DNA from: Promethearchaeia archaeon
GTDB taxonomy: Archaea > Asgardarchaeota > Lokiarchaeia > Sigyniarchaeales > SOKP01
DNA length: 64,000 nt
Direction: 5' to 3'
Assembly (NCBI GenBank): GCA_036478875.1
Contig: JAZGEW010000068.1
Location: forward strand, 4 to 64,003
Each line of letters opens with the position of its first letter. The stretch's first letter is position 1. Shown in pieces: positions 62,486-64,000 of the stretch. A program made the position numbers and the translations under genes. The notes under the pieces were generated by a model. That model was not told where the DNA came from. It did not search any database and saw only the letters and a list, made by a program, of their open reading frames with translations.

Positions 62486-62806
62486 CAAATTGAATAATTT
62501 AGAAGAATAATGTAAAAAAGAAGGAAGTGCAATACAACCGATTTTAATATTAAAGTAAATCTTTAGAATTTTAATTAATTTTGATTTTATTCTAACAGAT
62601 AGAGAATTTTTTTTTATTTTCTTTTTTTTCAATGGATAATTCTATTATAAATATTTAAATCATTATCATATCATATGTCTTGTTAAAGCGCAAACTTTTT
62701 TTTAAATTCCATTTTTTTTATATTACATTTAAAATTTAAGAAGTTGATATTATCAACTTTATAAAATTATCATAAAATATTTAAAAACTCACACTGTTGA
62801 TGAAAT

Positions 62807-64000
62807 ATGACTGGAAAGTTCCTTCGATTCTTCTCACCTTTCGTAAGAGCAATGCCAGAAATCAAACGGCCACAGCGTGAGGTTTCTTTTAAAGAGAAGT
62901 TTATTTGGACAGCTGTAGTTCTTATTATTTATTTGGTATTAAGTAATATTCCTTTATATGGAGTAAACCTTGAAGAATCAACAGACTATTTTTATTGGCT
63001 ACGAGTTATTCTAGCAAGTCAGAGGGGTACTTTAACAGAATTAGGTATTGGTCCTATAGTCACATCTGGTCTTATCATGCAATTGCTTTTAGGTTCAAAA
63101 ATAATTAATGTAAACATGTCTGATCCATACGATAGAGCTATGTTTAGTGGAGCTCAAAAAGTGCTTTCTGTGTTTTTGACAATCTTTAATTCTCTTGCCT
63201 ATATTATGGGAGGTGCTTTTGGTTCATTATCAGAAATCGGGATAGATGGAGTATTTCTTATTTTTTTCCAATTATTATTTTCAGGAATAATAATTATTCT
63301 ATTAGATGAAATTCTTCAAAAAGGATGGGGTTTGGGTAGTGGAGTTTCCCTATTTATTGCTGCTGGTGTTGCTGGGCAAATATTTTGGAATAGTTTTAGT
63401 TTCATTGGATTTGGTGGTGAAGAAGGAGCAAGAGGAATTGTGATAGCGTTTTTTGAATCATTTTTTAATGACAATATAAATCTTGTTACTCTTTTTACCA
63501 GGGGAAATCTTCCGTCACTATTGGGTATAATTACAACAGTTCTCATATTCTTCATTGTGATTTGGTTCGAATCTACACGTGTTGAAATCCCACTTGCATA
63601 TCGAGGCTATCGAGGTTTTAAAGGGAAATATCCAATGAAACTACTTTATGTTTCAAATATTCCGGTTATTTTAGTCAATGCATTATATGCTAATGTTCTA
63701 TTTTTTGGGCAATTAATAGCCGGTCCTAATTCAGCATTGCGAGGGCCTGATTCTGATTTTTGGATTGATTTTATAGGGTCATTTGATGTTGTAGAGGGCG
63801 CAGGTGGTGCTATTGGAAATCAACTCATACCAAAAGGGGGCTTGATTTACTATCTTACTCCACCATTGGGCCTCGATCAGGTGGCAGCAGATCCATTTAG
63901 AGCAATCTTGTATCTGTTTATATTTATTTTTCTTTGTATAATGCTCGGTCGCGTGTGGGTCGAAGTGAGTGGTCTAGCGCCACGAGATATAGCTCAACAA
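62807..64000 (+). CDS. secY: preprotein translocase SecY / Sec61-alpha (3' end beyond window)
   Basis: The frame is open from the ATG at 62807 to the window end, so it is absent from the ORF track because it has no stop. 'FKEKFIWTAVVLIIYLVLSNIPLYG', 'RGTLTELGIGPIVTSGLIMQLL' and 'LLDEILQKGWGLGSG' are present. Confidence 0.9.
   Translation, partial: MTGKFLRFFSPFVRAMPEIKRPQREVSFKEKFIWTAVVLIIYLVLSNIPLYGVNLEESTDYFYWLRVILASQRGTLTELGIGPIVTSGLIMQLLLGSKIINVNMSDPYDRAMFSGAQKVLSVFLTIFNSLAYIMGGAFGSLSEIGIDGVFLIFFQLLFSGIIIILLDEILQKGWGLGSGVSLFIAAGVAGQIFWNSFSFIGFGGEEGARGIVIAFFESFFNDNINLVTLFTRGNLPSLLGIITTVLIFFIVIWFESTRVEIPLAYRGYRGFKGKYPMKLLYVSNIPVILVNALYANVLFFGQLIAGPNSALRGPDSDFWIDFIGSFDVVEGAGGAIGNQLIPKGGLIYYLTPPLGLDQVAADPFRAILYLFIFIFLCIMLGRVWVEVSGLAPRDIAQQ

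Noticed and set aside
63316-63555. 79-aa minus-strand ORF
   Set aside because: It is antisense within secY, which is open from 62807 to the window end and carries canonical SecY motifs.
1-64000. CRISPR arrays, rRNA/tRNA genes, IS elements, and selenocysteine or pyrrolysine recoding
   Set aside because: I scanned all spacers longer than 150 nt by eye. I found no regularly spaced ~25-40-nt repeats, no rRNA- or tRNA-like structures, no transposase or integrase motifs, and no gene pairs split by a single in-frame TGA or TAG. The only in-frame stop junction is the TAA between the FAH paralogs, which is reported separately.

Overview
Visibly AT-rich archaeal chromosomal segment, roughly one-third GC by eye. 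The archaeal assignment rests on an ether-lipid gene cluster (GGGP synthase, DGGGP synthase, geranylgeranyl reductase), the archaeal/eukaryal-type ribosomal stalk operon (L11-L1-P0-P1), uS2 and SecY/Sec61-alpha. The composition and gene mix would fit a large-genome Asgard/Lokiarchaeia-like organism, but that cannot be verified here. About 60 protein genes are supported. I recognised no rRNA, tRNA, CRISPR array, transposase or integrase. Most of the window is housekeeping or metabolic: a thiolase/DUF35/SCP2 operon, a PadR-HAAS pair, a sulfatase/anSME/Gfo-Idh-MocA/glycosidase locus, ilvD, a TPP enzyme, tmk, the shikimate genes tyrA-aroE-aroK-aroD, adk, two FAH paralogs and cheB. The main candidate for something new is a ~10 kb accessory island (about 43.9-54.0 kb) lying between aroK and aroD. 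Its left 1.8 kb is GC-richer and holds decayed genes. The rest encodes only uncharacterised proteins, and several carry predicted nuclease signatures: two HEPN-like proteins, a 779-aa helical-repeat protein ending in a RecB-family PD-(D/E)xK nuclease, a zinc-finger/DUF4145-like protein and a PIN-domain protein. Zinc-ribbon and small DNA-binding-like ORFs accompany them. The co-directional module at 48.6-53.7 kb looks like an undescribed multi-nuclease defence or mobile-element system. Other points of interest: three tandem LITAF-like split-zinc-knuckle membrane proteins; two M28 peptidase paralogs with a membrane insert inside the catalytic domain; an anSME with a SEC-C tail next to a sulfatase-like protein that has Thr at the formylglycine position; a radical-SAM/DUF4130 'DNA modification/repair' pair; two genes whose conserved N-termini lack a canonical start codon (ATT in place of ATG, and a likely 1-nt deletion); uS2 with long terminal extensions; and an orphan CheB. 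All functional calls come from motif recognition by eye, and no database search was possible.
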